Shown here: positions 17,466-26,570 of the stretch, in pieces
How the letters are laid out: the number at the start of each line of letters is the position of its first letter
How positions within the stretch are numbered: the stretch's first letter is position 1
Virus record (IMG/VR): IMGVR_UViG_3300046535_001092
Span: 33,164 to 97,163 of that record
Strand: one strand, 5' to 3'
Length of the DNA stretch: 64,000 bases
From: a virus
The notes under the pieces: generated by a model
The model's input: only the letters and a program-made list of their open reading frames with translations
Told to the model about the DNA's origin: nothing
Databases searched by the model: none
Translations under genes and position numbers: made by a program

Positions 17466-18598
17466 TGTTTAAGAAACTACTACCGATTGCTATGCTCCTA
17501 AGCTGTGTCGTTGGGCTTGGGGCTTATGTCTCAAATGGTGTATTTTGGCCCAATGTTCCTGTAAAGTATTATATTAATACGGCTAATACTTCAGGAATGA
17601 ATCCTGCCACAGTTGTCTCAGATATTCAGGCAGGAGGTAATGCTTGGGCTACACAGGCTAGCTCAGGTGCTACCCTATCTTATCAAGGTACAACAAGTGA
17701 TCCTTGCACATTTGCTTATGATCAGAAGAATCATGTGTGCTTTAGGGTAGATTCTGGTGGGTGGATTGCTTATACCCAAATCTACACATTCACTGGTCAG
17801 ACAGCTATTCTTGATGCTGATATGATTGTGAACACTACCTATCCATTATTTACAGATGATCAACAATGTAATGGTGGATATTCTATTAAGAATACAGTTA
17901 CACATGAGTTTGGACATCTGTTTGGTCTAGGTCACTCAGCTGATCCTACAGCTACAATGTATCCTACTGCTAATGCTTGTGAGACAAGCAAAGAGGTGCT
18001 ATCAGCCGATGATATTGCTGGTATCCTTTCTCTATACCCTACAGCTGGACCTCCTCCACCTGCTGCACCAGTCTTAACCTCTGTTTCTCCATCTAGTGGC
18101 GCTCAGGGTACTACAGTTCCAGTAACATTGAGTGGTTCTAACTTTGTTATTAGTGGGACCTCTCCAAATATTAGTGGTAGTGGAGTTACATTTAGCAATA
18201 TTGTAGCAAATAACACTACATCTATGACGGCTAACTTTGTGATTAGCTCAGCAGCAGTTGCAGGTGCAAGAACAGTCACTGTAACCACATCAAGTGGAAC
18301 GAGTGGAACACAGCCATTTACAGTCACGGTTCCTCCTCCACCATCTGCTCCAGCTACCCCATCTAACCCCTCACCTGCCAACATGGGTACGGTTAGACAT
18401 AACTCCAACACTACTCTCACATGGGTTGCTGCGGGAGCTACCAGATACACAGTTGTACTTGATGGAGTTGCCCACGCAGTCACCCCCGCCAGTTATAAGG
18501 CCGGTAAGGTTAGCGTAGGAGTACATACATGGTCAGTTACAGCTACTAATAACACTGGTAGCACGAATGGTCCAACCTGGACATTTACATCTAACTAA
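17465..18598 (+). CDS. secreted matrixin (M10-like) zinc metalloprotease with IPT/TIG and Fn3-like domains
   Basis: Signal peptide; HEFGHLFGLGHS, Met-turn ATMYP, LSADDIAG; PVLTSVSPSSG. Confidence 0.9.
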   Translation: MFKKLLPIAMLLSCVVGLGAYVSNGVFWPNVPVKYYINTANTSGMNPATVVSDIQAGGNAWATQASSGATLSYQGTTSDPCTFAYDQKNHVCFRVDSGGWIAYTQIYTFTGQTAILDADMIVNTTYPLFTDDQQCNGGYSIKNTVTHEFGHLFGLGHSADPTATMYPTANACETSKEVLSADDIAGILSLYPTAGPPPPAAPVLTSVSPSSGAQGTTVPVTLSGSNFVISGTSPNISGSGVTFSNIVANNTTSMTANFVISSAAVAGARTVTVTTSSGTSGTQPFTVTVPPPPSAPATPSNPSPANMGTVRHNSNTTLTWVAAGATRYTVVLDGVAHAVTPASYKAGKVSVGVHTWSVTATNNTGSTNGPTWTFTSN

Positions 18599-18615
18599 GG
18601 AACCTAGGGAGTTAA

Positions 18616-18687
18616 ATGTTCACCTTAAATAATCTATTGATTGTGTTAGCTGTTCTAGGGATTATCTACTTATTCCGTAGACTCTAA
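18616..18687 (+). CDS. 23-aa hydrophobic membrane peptide MFTLNNLLIVLAVLGIIYLFRRL
   Basis: AGGGAG RBS; TM helix with basic C-terminus. Confidence 0.55.
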   Translation: MFTLNNLLIVLAVLGIIYLFRRL

Positions 18688-18697
18688 CTTCTTATGT

Positions 18698-18790
18698 ATG
18701 GTCGTGTGAGGACCCCCCACTGGGGGTGATACCTCTCAAACCATGGGGCTAAATGCCCTGGACGACCCCGGAGGTACTGAGACCCTCCAC
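18698..18790 (+). ncRNA. candidate structured RNA, family not recognised
   Basis: Several GC-rich helices in an intergenic gap (see findings). Confidence 0.4.
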
Positions 18791-18798
18791 CTATTGTG

Positions 18799-18840
18799 TC
18801 CCCAACCTCTTGCACCACGAGGGGTTGGGGATTGTTATTT
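18799..18840 (+). terminator. intrinsic terminator-like hairpin
   Basis: TCCCCAACC...GGTTGGGGA stem followed by TTGTTATTT. Confidence 0.65.
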
Positions 18841-18867
18841 GTGGGCAGATCGTGGTAAGATTGGAGA

Positions 18868-19056
18868 GTGAAAATGAGCAAGGTTCCTGAGGTCCTCCCC
18901 ACCTTCTTAGTGAAGGCTATGTGGAGAGCGACAGCGATTAAAATGAAGGTAGTAGCTAAGGATGAAGAGGATGCTTGGGACAAGGCTGCGAAACTTGTAA
19001 AGAAGATGGAAGGGGGAAGTTCTTGTATAGAGATAAAGGTAATGGGGACGATCTAG
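18868..19056 (+). CDS. hypothetical protein
   Basis: GGAG RBS; VVAKDEEDA motif. Confidence 0.6.
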   Translation: MKMSKVPEVLPTFLVKAMWRATAIKMKVVAKDEEDAWDKAAKLVKKMEGGSSCIEIKVMGTI

Positions 19057-19259
19057 CACAAACTCCAATCACCTTAGGGTTTATGGTTGCTATTGAAACT
19101 ACAATTCTTGACTCAGAGAGGGTCATTGCTGAAGTAGTAAGCCAAGCTATTATGAAAGAGTTTGGTTTGAGAGGTATTGATATTAAGAGTCTAGATGTAG
19201 CTGAACTCGGTCCAATTGATTGTTATAATGATGACGAATTAGATGAAGAGGATGAATGA
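18975..19259 (+). CDS. hypothetical protein (start uncertain)
   Basis: ORF with ATGA overlap into the ATPase. Confidence 0.5.
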   Translation: MGQGCETCKEDGRGKFLYRDKGNGDDLAQTPITLGFMVAIETTILDSERVIAEVVSQAIMKEFGLRGIDIKSLDVAELGPIDCYNDDELDEEDE

Positions 19260-20152
19260 GAAAACGTACCATTCTGATGTACTCCCGCTCTAGAGGGGGT
19301 AAGACTACTCAGATAGCTGAGCTTGCTGAGTATGTCTACAAGACCACAGGTAAGAAAACCCTCGTCTACTCGATTGACAAGGGCGGCATTGGGCCTATGA
19401 TCCCCCATATTGAAGTGGGCATGGTAGACTTGGTCTTACTAGAGAATAGTGACCCATGGATTTTCCTCTCAAAGTTGTCTAAGGGACATGTTAGGGATGC
19501 TAGTGGTAAGTGGGTTGAAGCTGACCTCTCTAAGTATGGTATGATTGCTAACGAATCCCTAACCGGATTTGGTGATGCATTCATGAACTCCCTCGCAGAC
19601 AAGAGTGCCCAAGGAGTTAACATTGGAGGACAAGCTAATGTCTCCTTCAATATCCAAGACGGGACCGAGAGTTTGAAGATTGGTGGTTCCAACATGGCCC
19701 ACTACAACGTAGTTCAGACTAGAATCTTAGACGAAGTATGGCGCTCACAGAAGTTGAATGTCCCATACATTGTATGGACAGCCTCGGCATCCAAAGAGGA
19801 TGATGAGAATGCAGGCGGGAAAGTGATTGGGCCAGCCGTAGTTGGTAAGAAATTGACTGCGGAGATGCCTAGACACTTCGACCTAACCTTCAGATTGGAT
19901 TGTCTCCCTGCTCAAATGGGCAAACCAGAGCGACATATCCTCTACCTCGGGAACACCGTTGACCTAGCTGCAGGTAATGCAGTAGGCTTAGGTAACACCC
20001 GAGTCCCCCTGAATCCTGGGGTGAAGGAAATGGATTCAAGCATTGAACCGGCTTCGCTCGTGAAGGCACTCTCGATGATTGAACAGGCAGAAGGTGCAGC
20101 GAAGGAAGCACTGATTAAGAGAATGGAGGCATCGAAGTTTGTAGCTAAGTAG
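19256..20152 (+). CDS. AAA_24 / Sak4-like P-loop ATPase (recombination)
   Basis: N-terminal ILMYSRSRGGKTT Walker A variant, ANESLT, GPAVVGK..P.HFD. Confidence 0.75.
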   Translation: MRKRTILMYSRSRGGKTTQIAELAEYVYKTTGKKTLVYSIDKGGIGPMIPHIEVGMVDLVLLENSDPWIFLSKLSKGHVRDASGKWVEADLSKYGMIANESLTGFGDAFMNSLADKSAQGVNIGGQANVSFNIQDGTESLKIGGSNMAHYNVVQTRILDEVWRSQKLNVPYIVWTASASKEDDENAGGKVIGPAVVGKKLTAEMPRHFDLTFRLDCLPAQMGKPERHILYLGNTVDLAAGNAVGLGNTRVPLNPGVKEMDSSIEPASLVKALSMIEQAEGAAKEALIKRMEASKFVAK

Positions 20153-20155
20153 GTC

Positions 20156-20184
20156 TTGACAACGTGTGAAGTTGTGAGTATGAT
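20156..20184 (+). promoter_or_regulatory. sigma70-type promoter TTGACA-17-TATGAT
   Basis: Near-consensus; upstream of the SSB-like gene. Confidence 0.75.
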
Positions 20185-20222
20185 AGTCAAATCGTAAACA
20201 TTGTTTAGGAGAGTAGAAAAAT

Positions 20223-20801
20223 ATGGCAGATCTAAGCGCACTAGGCGGTCTACAGGCAGTTGAACCACTCGACCTCGCAAACTACGTTGATGCGAAGGAG
20301 TCGACTTTTCGTCTTGCCCCCAAGGGTGTCTATACCCTCCAGGCCCCACCATCGTTCCCAACGGCTGCGTTCTCTAGAACTAAGTCAGGGAACCTCTCAA
20401 TCCAGGTTGATCCGACGATTGCTGGACCCTCGAACGAAGGTTACACAATCCGGTTCGTAAAGATTTCTGGCAAGCAGTTCGACCGCTCAGGCCAGAAGGT
20501 CTCCCAGATTGGTGACTATCTCCGTGCTTGTGGGTACAAGGGTACTCTTCGTAATGAGCAGGAGCAGGCTGACGCAGTTGAGTCAACAGCGAATCAGGTC
20601 TATCAGGCCAAGATTGATTGGAGAGCCTTTAACAAGAAGACCGGCTTCACAGTTGAGGGTATGGAGCGTTTCCCAAAGCGGGAAGACGGCACCTACCAGT
20701 CATGGATTGAGGACCCCACAGATAAGGATGAGAATGGTAAGGCTGTCAGAGTGCCTGCTAGACTCTACATCCCACTCAATGGGTTCATTCCCGCCCTCTA
20801 A
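20223..20801 (+). CDS. single-stranded DNA-binding protein-like (DUF669-type)
   Basis: APKGVY..TKSGN pattern; follows the Sak4-like ATPase; own promoter, strong RBS and terminator. Confidence 0.6.
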   Translation: MADLSALGGLQAVEPLDLANYVDAKESTFRLAPKGVYTLQAPPSFPTAAFSRTKSGNLSIQVDPTIAGPSNEGYTIRFVKISGKQFDRSGQKVSQIGDYLRACGYKGTLRNEQEQADAVESTANQVYQAKIDWRAFNKKTGFTVEGMERFPKREDGTYQSWIEDPTDKDENGKAVRVPARLYIPLNGFIPAL

Positions 20802-20833
20802 TAGCTTCGCTGTTAGAGTCGTGTAAGGTTGAC

Positions 20834-20866
20834 GGGGTAGGGGAATTGTCCTCTACCCCATTTGTG
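20834..20866 (+). terminator. intrinsic terminator
   Basis: GGGGTAGGGGA-ATTG-TCCTCTACCCC followed by ATTTGT. Confidence 0.7.
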
Positions 20867-20890
20867 TCTTAGGGGGTCCTAAAGGTAAAG

Positions 20891-21154
20891 ATGGATAACA
20901 TTGGAAAAAGTGAAGCAACAGGTGAGGATATTGAGAAGATTATTTCTAAGTTAGAGCCAGTTCTAGAGAAGGAACCCCGTACCCATGTTCTCATGGCCTG
21001 TCTAGCCATTGCATTGATTGCTAATGACCCAGACATTACCACCGAGAGGCTCGTGACTGGGGTAAGGGACTTGAGTCAGTGGATTTGCCTCTACCTAGAT
21101 GATTCTAGTGGAGCTACCCAGTTCATCCCTACAGATAAAGCTAAACTAAACTAA
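20891..21154 (+). CDS. hypothetical protein
   Basis: ORF with RBS. Confidence 0.65.
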   Translation: MDNIGKSEATGEDIEKIISKLEPVLEKEPRTHVLMACLAIALIANDPDITTERLVTGVRDLSQWICLYLDDSSGATQFIPTDKAKLN

Positions 21155-21362
21155 GGTTAATATGATATTATTTGGAGTTGGGTTCGTAGTTGGAACACTT
21201 CTAGGAGGATTCGTAGCTATTGTAGCTATAGATAACTCTATTGGCCTGTTAAGAAGGAGATAGATATGTTTTATATTGTTATGTTAGTGTTAGGTATTGC
21301 TATTGGTTACTATGGTGTCGAGACAATCATCACCTACATTAAGAGTCTATTGAGTAAATAGT

Positions 21363-22067
21363 ATGCATGTAGATCTAGAGTTAGTCTTCAACTTGATGAG
21401 GTTCTACCAAGTAGGTATTATAGGTAGTGCTACAAGAAACTATGAGGGTGCTAAGGATATTGATGTCCTCTTCCTCCACTTCTCAGAGTTTAGTGATGCA
21501 TGTATAAGGTTTGGGGTTAAGTATCAGGGATGGGATGCTCATAATGGTCACATTAGGATAACTAAACTTGAGCGACCTGAGATTGATAAGCCTATCCAAC
21601 TCATTAACCTTGCATCTGTGTCTAGTTTTGAGGAGCATCCCCACCAAGTCCTTCTACCTGATGGCTCTCTCCTAAATGAGGGCCATTATTATGTTAAGGA
21701 AGATGGATGGAAGTATGACAAAGTGATTAAACTAGATAGGCGTAAGGAGTCTAAGCAGGTGATTGCGATGGACTTCGATGGAACCATTAGGGACTGGGAC
21801 ACCTCCAAGCCCCTACCTGGGGTGAAGGATGCCATCAACCTCCTCAGGGAGCATGGCTTTAAGGTCCTCATACACAGTGCAAACACTGTCAAGTTCATCG
21901 AGCAGTGGATGAATGATAATGATATTAGATATGATGGGATCTGGTCTGGAGCGGGTAAGCCCGTTGCAAGCATATATGTGGATGACCGAGGATTTAAGCT
22001 GCAGGACTGGTCTACAGATCTAGCACATATCCTAGAGACTCTAGCTAATGAAGGGGTTAGGTGGTAA
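21363..22067 (+). CDS. nucleotidyltransferase-HAD phosphatase fusion
   Basis: IIGSA...KDIDVL in the N-half; AMDFDGTI, KP and YVDDR in the C-half. Confidence 0.75.
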   Translation: MHVDLELVFNLMRFYQVGIIGSATRNYEGAKDIDVLFLHFSEFSDACIRFGVKYQGWDAHNGHIRITKLERPEIDKPIQLINLASVSSFEEHPHQVLLPDGSLLNEGHYYVKEDGWKYDKVIKLDRRKESKQVIAMDFDGTIRDWDTSKPLPGVKDAINLLREHGFKVLIHSANTVKFIEQWMNDNDIRYDGIWSGAGKPVASIYVDDRGFKLQDWSTDLAHILETLANEGVRW

Positions 22068-22073
22068 CAAGAA

Positions 22074-22274
22074 ATGATAGATAGTGCTAATCAGTCTATG
22101 GGCGATAGAGTTTTTGATATCGTGGAGAAGATTCATCGACTTAGGAATGATGTTACTATGGCTAAGTTAAATGCAGCCTTTACTATGGAGTTAGAAGAAA
22201 GGCTACAGATAGCAGCTGACATTCTAACTAAGGTTGAGAAGGTCCTTATGGAAATTGAAGGCAATAATGAATGA
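22074..22274 (+). CDS. hypothetical coiled-coil protein
   Basis: ORF in operon. Confidence 0.6.
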   Translation: MIDSANQSMGDRVFDIVEKIHRLRNDVTMAKLNAAFTMELEERLQIAADILTKVEKVLMEIEGNNE

Positions 22275-22755
22275 GCCTAAACATAATCGTGGGAGGAGTG
22301 TTCAAGAGGTCTGTACCCCTCATGAGTTTCTAGAAGCTCTCAAGAAGAAGCTAGGAATGAATGGCGGTAACTTCTATTATGACCTAGCAGCGACAGAGGA
22401 GAATAAGGTTACACGACTATGCTATACACCCGAGCAGGATTCCCTGGTTCAGAGTTGGTACAGTTATGGTATATGGAACTTCTGCAATCCTCCATATGGA
22501 GATATCACTCCTTGGGTCCAGAAGGCCTATCTGGAATGTAGAAACCATAATGCTCATACTGCCATGCTTGTGCCAGCAAGTGTGGGATCTAATTGGTGGA
22601 GAGATAATGTGGATGGCAAAGCCGATGTCCTCTTCCTCAATGGTCGTATTACATTCGTAGGCCATAATGCTCCCTATCCTAAGGACTGTGCTATACTTCT
22701 CTATGCTCCCTTCTTAAATGGTAACTATAGTGTATGGAGTTGGAACAATGACTAA
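22267..22755 (+). CDS. phage DNA N6-adenine methyltransferase (phage Dam family)
   Basis: TP..F, DLAA..EN, FCNPPY, LVPA, GRITF. Confidence 0.88.
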   Translation: MNEPKHNRGRSVQEVCTPHEFLEALKKKLGMNGGNFYYDLAATEENKVTRLCYTPEQDSLVQSWYSYGIWNFCNPPYGDITPWVQKAYLECRNHNAHTAMLVPASVGSNWWRDNVDGKADVLFLNGRITFVGHNAPYPKDCAILLYAPFLNGNYSVWSWNND

Positions 22756-22990
22756 GAAGCATGATGATTATGACTATGGTGATAACTTCGATGTCGATAG
22801 TGACTACGAAGCCTACAATGATTATATGGACTACCTAGACGAGAACGCGGAAAGATATGACCATGTAGATGGCTATAGTGTTGACCAGTATAAGGCTGAG
22901 ATTACCCTAAGACTCGTTGAGGCTATTGATGATTTCCTAACCGTAGGCACCGTCTCCGAGCTATTAAAGATTGTAGCGGAAAACACTTAA
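22718..22990 (+). CDS. acidic hypothetical protein (start probably 22748)
   Basis: Asp/Tyr-rich ORF coupled to the polymerase. Confidence 0.6.
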   Translation: MVTIVYGVGTMTKKHDDYDYGDNFDVDSDYEAYNDYMDYLDENAERYDHVDGYSVDQYKAEITLRLVEAIDDFLTVGTVSELLKIVAENT

Positions 22991-25785
22991 TGCTGCCTAA
23001 ACCATCTTCGTGTATTGGTTGTAGTTTATATGAGAAGCCCCACGGTAAGACTATGGGCTTCTCCATACCCTGTGGGACAGGTAGGAACGGAGTACTTATT
23101 GTAGCAGAGGCCTTGGGAGAGCACGAAGAGAAAGAAGGAATGGCCCTAGTTGGGAAGACTGGTCAGACCCTCTTCCAACAGCTAGCTAGGGTAGGGATCG
23201 AGAGGGATGACTTCACCATCTTCAACACAGTTGCATGCAGACCCCCCAATAATAAGCTTGCTAAGATGGTCTATGAGCAGGATGCTATTGCCCACTGTGC
23301 TCCTAACCTCGACAAAGCCATTGAGGATGCCCACACAATCGCTAAGGCTAATGGTAAGAACTTCGTAATATTAACTCTCGGAGTCATCGCCTTTAAGAGG
23401 GTGATGGGATTGGACTATAAGAAGGATGCGAACTTCCTTAAAGCGGATTATATTGGATACCCTCATTGGAGTGACAAGTATGCTTGCTGGGTTATGGCTA
23501 CTGACCATCCCTCTTACCTCCTACGCGGGAATACTCATCTATGGCCTGTCCTGCAGTTTGTATTTAAGCGGGCTTTGGAGATTGCTGATGGGGGCCTTAC
23601 ACTCTACGACCGACCATACGATCTAGACCCTACCCCCACAGGATTCGATGAGTGGATCAAAGGCTACGAACGTAGTCTAGTAGAGGACAAAGAGAATCCC
23701 CTCTCCTATGACATTGAAACCCCATATAAGAAGAAGAAGTCTGAGGATGACCTAGCTAATGAGGATGATGCTGATCATACAATTCTTAGGATATCTTTTA
23801 GTTATTTTAGCAGTGGAAGTACTCATACTTGTAGTATTAAATGGAGTGCTGAGTATCTGGCAGGGATTGAACGACTATTTAAAATAGCCCCTTTCGTCCT
23901 GGGGTGGAACAGTGATAATTATGATTACCCCAGAGTCTCGCGCCACGTTAAGATTCATGGCATTAGCGTTGATGGCATGGTTGCTTGGCATATTCTTAAT
24001 TCGTCTCTCCCTAAAGGACTGGGGTTCGTTACTCCATACTATGTTCAGAACACTCTGATGTGGAAGCATCTGTCAGAGTCTCAGCCTGCCTTCTACAATG
24101 CGAAGGATGCTGATATGGCCCTACAGAACTACCTAGGGATTAAGAAGGATCTGATTAGGAATAAGCTGTGGGAAGTGTTTGAGATCCATGTCCTCAGGAT
24201 CAATGAGGCCCTCAACTATATGACAGGGATTGGGGTGTTGAGAGACACCAAGATGAGGGATGAAGCAGAGCTTCGCCTGCAGGGTGTGTTAGATGGTATT
24301 GAGAAGAAGATGGAGGACGTGGTTCCTGTCGAGGCCAGGAAGCTGAAGTTCTATAAGAAGACTCCTAAGGTTATCAAGGAAGGGATGTTTGAAGTTGAGA
24401 AAGACTATCCAGTCAAATACTGCGGAGTATGTGGGGTCTATAGACCAACTAAAGGACATGCTAAAGTTTGTCCTACTTATGTTGTTGTTGAGATACTTGA
24501 GAGACAAAAGGTCTGGGCAGAACCCTTAGAGTTTAAGATCTCTAAGCTAGGCATGACCAACTACCAGAAGTCTCTCAGGCATATGGCAGTTGTTAATAGG
24601 AGAGAGCAGAAGGTTACGTTCGATGAGGATGCTATTGTTAGACTAATGAAGGACTATCCTAAGGATCCCCTTTATCCCCTCATTATTAGCCATAGGAAGA
24701 CTCAGAAACTCCTCTCCACCTATGTAGGTGTAACTCAGGAGAGTGGGAGAGTAAGGGGAGGGATGCCAGTAGGTAAGGACGGACGCATTCATGCCACCTA
24801 CACCCATAACCCATCAACATTGAGGTTTGCATGTGAAGATCCTAATTTACAGAATCTACCGAGACCTAATCCGAGTGATCCTAACGATCCTGTTAATATC
24901 ATTAGGAATCTTATTATTGCCTCTCCTGGCAATATACTTTATGCTAGAGACTTCTCTGGCATCGAGGCTGTACTCACGGGATACTTTGCCATGGACCCCA
25001 AATACATTCGTATTGCTAAGAGGGATATCCATACGTATTACACGGTGCATGCCTTATATGAGCTTGAGGGTGGGGCTAGAATAAAGGCTAGCGACCTCCC
25101 CGACCTAGACTGGCCTGATGACCGTCTATTCCCCTACCTAGAACAGCTCAAGAAAGAGTTCAAGCGGGAGAGAAATAGTCTATATAAGCATCTGGTTCAT
25201 GCTGCTAACTTCATGCAGAGTCCTAAGGGTGCTCAGGAGAAGATCTTCTCAGAGACCAGGATTGAGTATCCTATTAAGACAGTAGCAAAGGTAATGGATG
25301 TCTACTACTCTCTATTCCCGTCTATTCGTAGATGGCATAAGGCAGTGTTAGATGAGGCCGAGAAGGATGGATACTTACGCAACCCGTACGGTTACGTCCA
25401 TAGATTTTCAAAAGTCTACGACTATACGAGAGAGTATGGTGAATGGGTTAAGAAAAGTGGCCCGGATAGTAACAAGGTAATCGCGTTTAAGCCTCAGTCT
25501 ACTGCAGCTGGTATTATCAAGGAGGCTATCCTAGAGCTATTCTTCAATCGGTTTGAAGAGGCTGGTCAATACCTTAGGTTGCAGGTCCATGACGAGCTTC
25601 TTAGTGAGATTCCTAGAGGAGAGTGGGAGAGGGTAGACGGGATTATGAGAGAGGTTATGGAGAGACCTAACCCACAGATGAGGATGCCTGAGAGTTGGGG
25701 TATGGGCGAATACCTCTCAATATTGACTGAGGCTAAGGCTGACCTTTCTGAGGTTAGTCGGTGGGGGAGTATGAAAGGACTATGA
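22990..25785 (+). CDS. family A DNA polymerase with N-terminal family-4 uracil-DNA glycosylase domain and 3'-5' exonuclease
   Basis: UDG: CxxC, EALGEHE, VGKTG, CRPP, HPSYLLR. Exo: DIET, WNSDNYD, YNAKD. Pol: PNLQN, DFSGIE, KHLVHAANF, VHDEL. Confidence 0.93.
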   Translation: MLPKPSSCIGCSLYEKPHGKTMGFSIPCGTGRNGVLIVAEALGEHEEKEGMALVGKTGQTLFQQLARVGIERDDFTIFNTVACRPPNNKLAKMVYEQDAIAHCAPNLDKAIEDAHTIAKANGKNFVILTLGVIAFKRVMGLDYKKDANFLKADYIGYPHWSDKYACWVMATDHPSYLLRGNTHLWPVLQFVFKRALEIADGGLTLYDRPYDLDPTPTGFDEWIKGYERSLVEDKENPLSYDIETPYKKKKSEDDLANEDDADHTILRISFSYFSSGSTHTCSIKWSAEYLAGIERLFKIAPFVLGWNSDNYDYPRVSRHVKIHGISVDGMVAWHILNSSLPKGLGFVTPYYVQNTLMWKHLSESQPAFYNAKDADMALQNYLGIKKDLIRNKLWEVFEIHVLRINEALNYMTGIGVLRDTKMRDEAELRLQGVLDGIEKKMEDVVPVEARKLKFYKKTPKVIKEGMFEVEKDYPVKYCGVCGVYRPTKGHAKVCPTYVVVEILERQKVWAEPLEFKISKLGMTNYQKSLRHMAVVNRREQKVTFDEDAIVRLMKDYPKDPLYPLIISHRKTQKLLSTYVGVTQESGRVRGGMPVGKDGRIHATYTHNPSTLRFACEDPNLQNLPRPNPSDPNDPVNIIRNLIIASPGNILYARDFSGIEAVLTGYFAMDPKYIRIAKRDIHTYYTVHALYELEGGARIKASDLPDLDWPDDRLFPYLEQLKKEFKRERNSLYKHLVHAANFMQSPKGAQEKIFSETRIEYPIKTVAKVMDVYYSLFPSIRRWHKAVLDEAEKDGYLRNPYGYVHRFSKVYDYTREYGEWVKKSGPDSNKVIAFKPQSTAAGIIKEAILELFFNRFEEAGQYLRLQVHDELLSEIPRGEWERVDGIMREVMERPNPQMRMPESWGMGEYLSILTEAKADLSEVSRWGSMKGL

Positions 25786-26192
25786 TTTATTTAATAGGTA
25801 GTCTAAGGAATCCTAAGATCCCTGAGATAACTAATAGACTAAGTGAGGCTGGACATGAAGTGTTCTCGGATTGGTATGCTGCTGGAGAGCATGCTGATGA
25901 TGCTTGGAGGGATTATGAAAAAGGTAGAGGTAGAAGTTACATCCAGGCTCTTAGAGGATATGCTGCGAAGAACGTATATGAGTTCGATAGAAGGCACTTG
26001 GAGAGAGCGGATACTGTTATCCTGGCTGCCCCTGCCGGTAAGTCTGGTCATCTTGAACTTGGCTGGGCGTTGGGACAGGGTAAGAATGGTTATTACCTCC
26101 TTGACTCGCCGGATAGATGGGATGTAATGCTACAGTTCTGCACAGGAGTATACACAGATATTGAGGACTTAATAGATGAACTTAAAGATTGA
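25782..26192 (+). CDS. nucleoside 2-deoxyribosyltransferase / RCL-like N-glycosidase
   Basis: IYLIGS, D..L..AD, GKSGHLELGWA. Confidence 0.78.
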   Translation: MIYLIGSLRNPKIPEITNRLSEAGHEVFSDWYAAGEHADDAWRDYEKGRGRSYIQALRGYAAKNVYEFDRRHLERADTVILAAPAGKSGHLELGWALGQGKNGYYLLDSPDRWDVMLQFCTGVYTDIEDLIDELKD

Positions 26193-26322
26193 CCTCCTCC
26201 CTATTGCAATGAACACATGTATGACCTTTGGTTATGCCTATAAAGGTAATGAGCCTGGGAAGACAGTCTATTGGTTAGGTGCGACTGTGATTACCCTCGG
26301 TCTATATATGATGAAAGGATAA
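26176..26322 (+). CDS. 48-aa membrane microprotein
   Basis: Translated by hand (..KTVYWLGATVITLGLYMMKG). Confidence 0.5.
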   Translation: MNLKIDLLPIAMNTCMTFGYAYKGNEPGKTVYWLGATVITLGLYMMKG

Positions 26323-26324
26323 GC

Positions 26325-26570
26325 ATGCCGTATATTGGAGTGGATAGAAGGGCGGCTCTAATTAATGGAGCACCTATGGAGACCCCAGGCGAATTAAACT
26401 ATATGATTACCAGCCTAATATTAGAGTATCAGGGGCTGAAGGGGTTGTCGTACCAGACAATTAATGATATAATCGGTGCCCTAGGCGGGGCCTCCCATGA
26501 GTATTATCGAAGAGTGGCTGTGCCCTACGAGTATCAGAAACAGTTAGATAATGGAGATGTATTTCTATGA
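26325..26570 (+). CDS. conserved phage protein (DUF6899-like)
   Basis: MPYI..R, PGELNY, Y..IN..IGAL, EYYRRVAVPYE..K..NGDV. Confidence 0.75.
   Translation: MPYIGVDRRAALINGAPMETPGELNYMITSLILEYQGLKGLSYQTINDIIGALGGASHEYYRRVAVPYEYQKQLDNGDVFL

Noticed and set aside
18698-18790. ZTP or TPP riboswitch (GGTCGTG..CGACCCCGG; CTGAGA)
   Set aside because: Lacks the ZTP ACUGGCG and 3' CGCCUGGG elements and the TPP element order; kept only as an unassigned RNA
22990-25785. Intein or intron in the long polymerase
   Set aside because: The length is explained by UDG + exonuclease + polymerase domains; no intein or homing-endonuclease motifs
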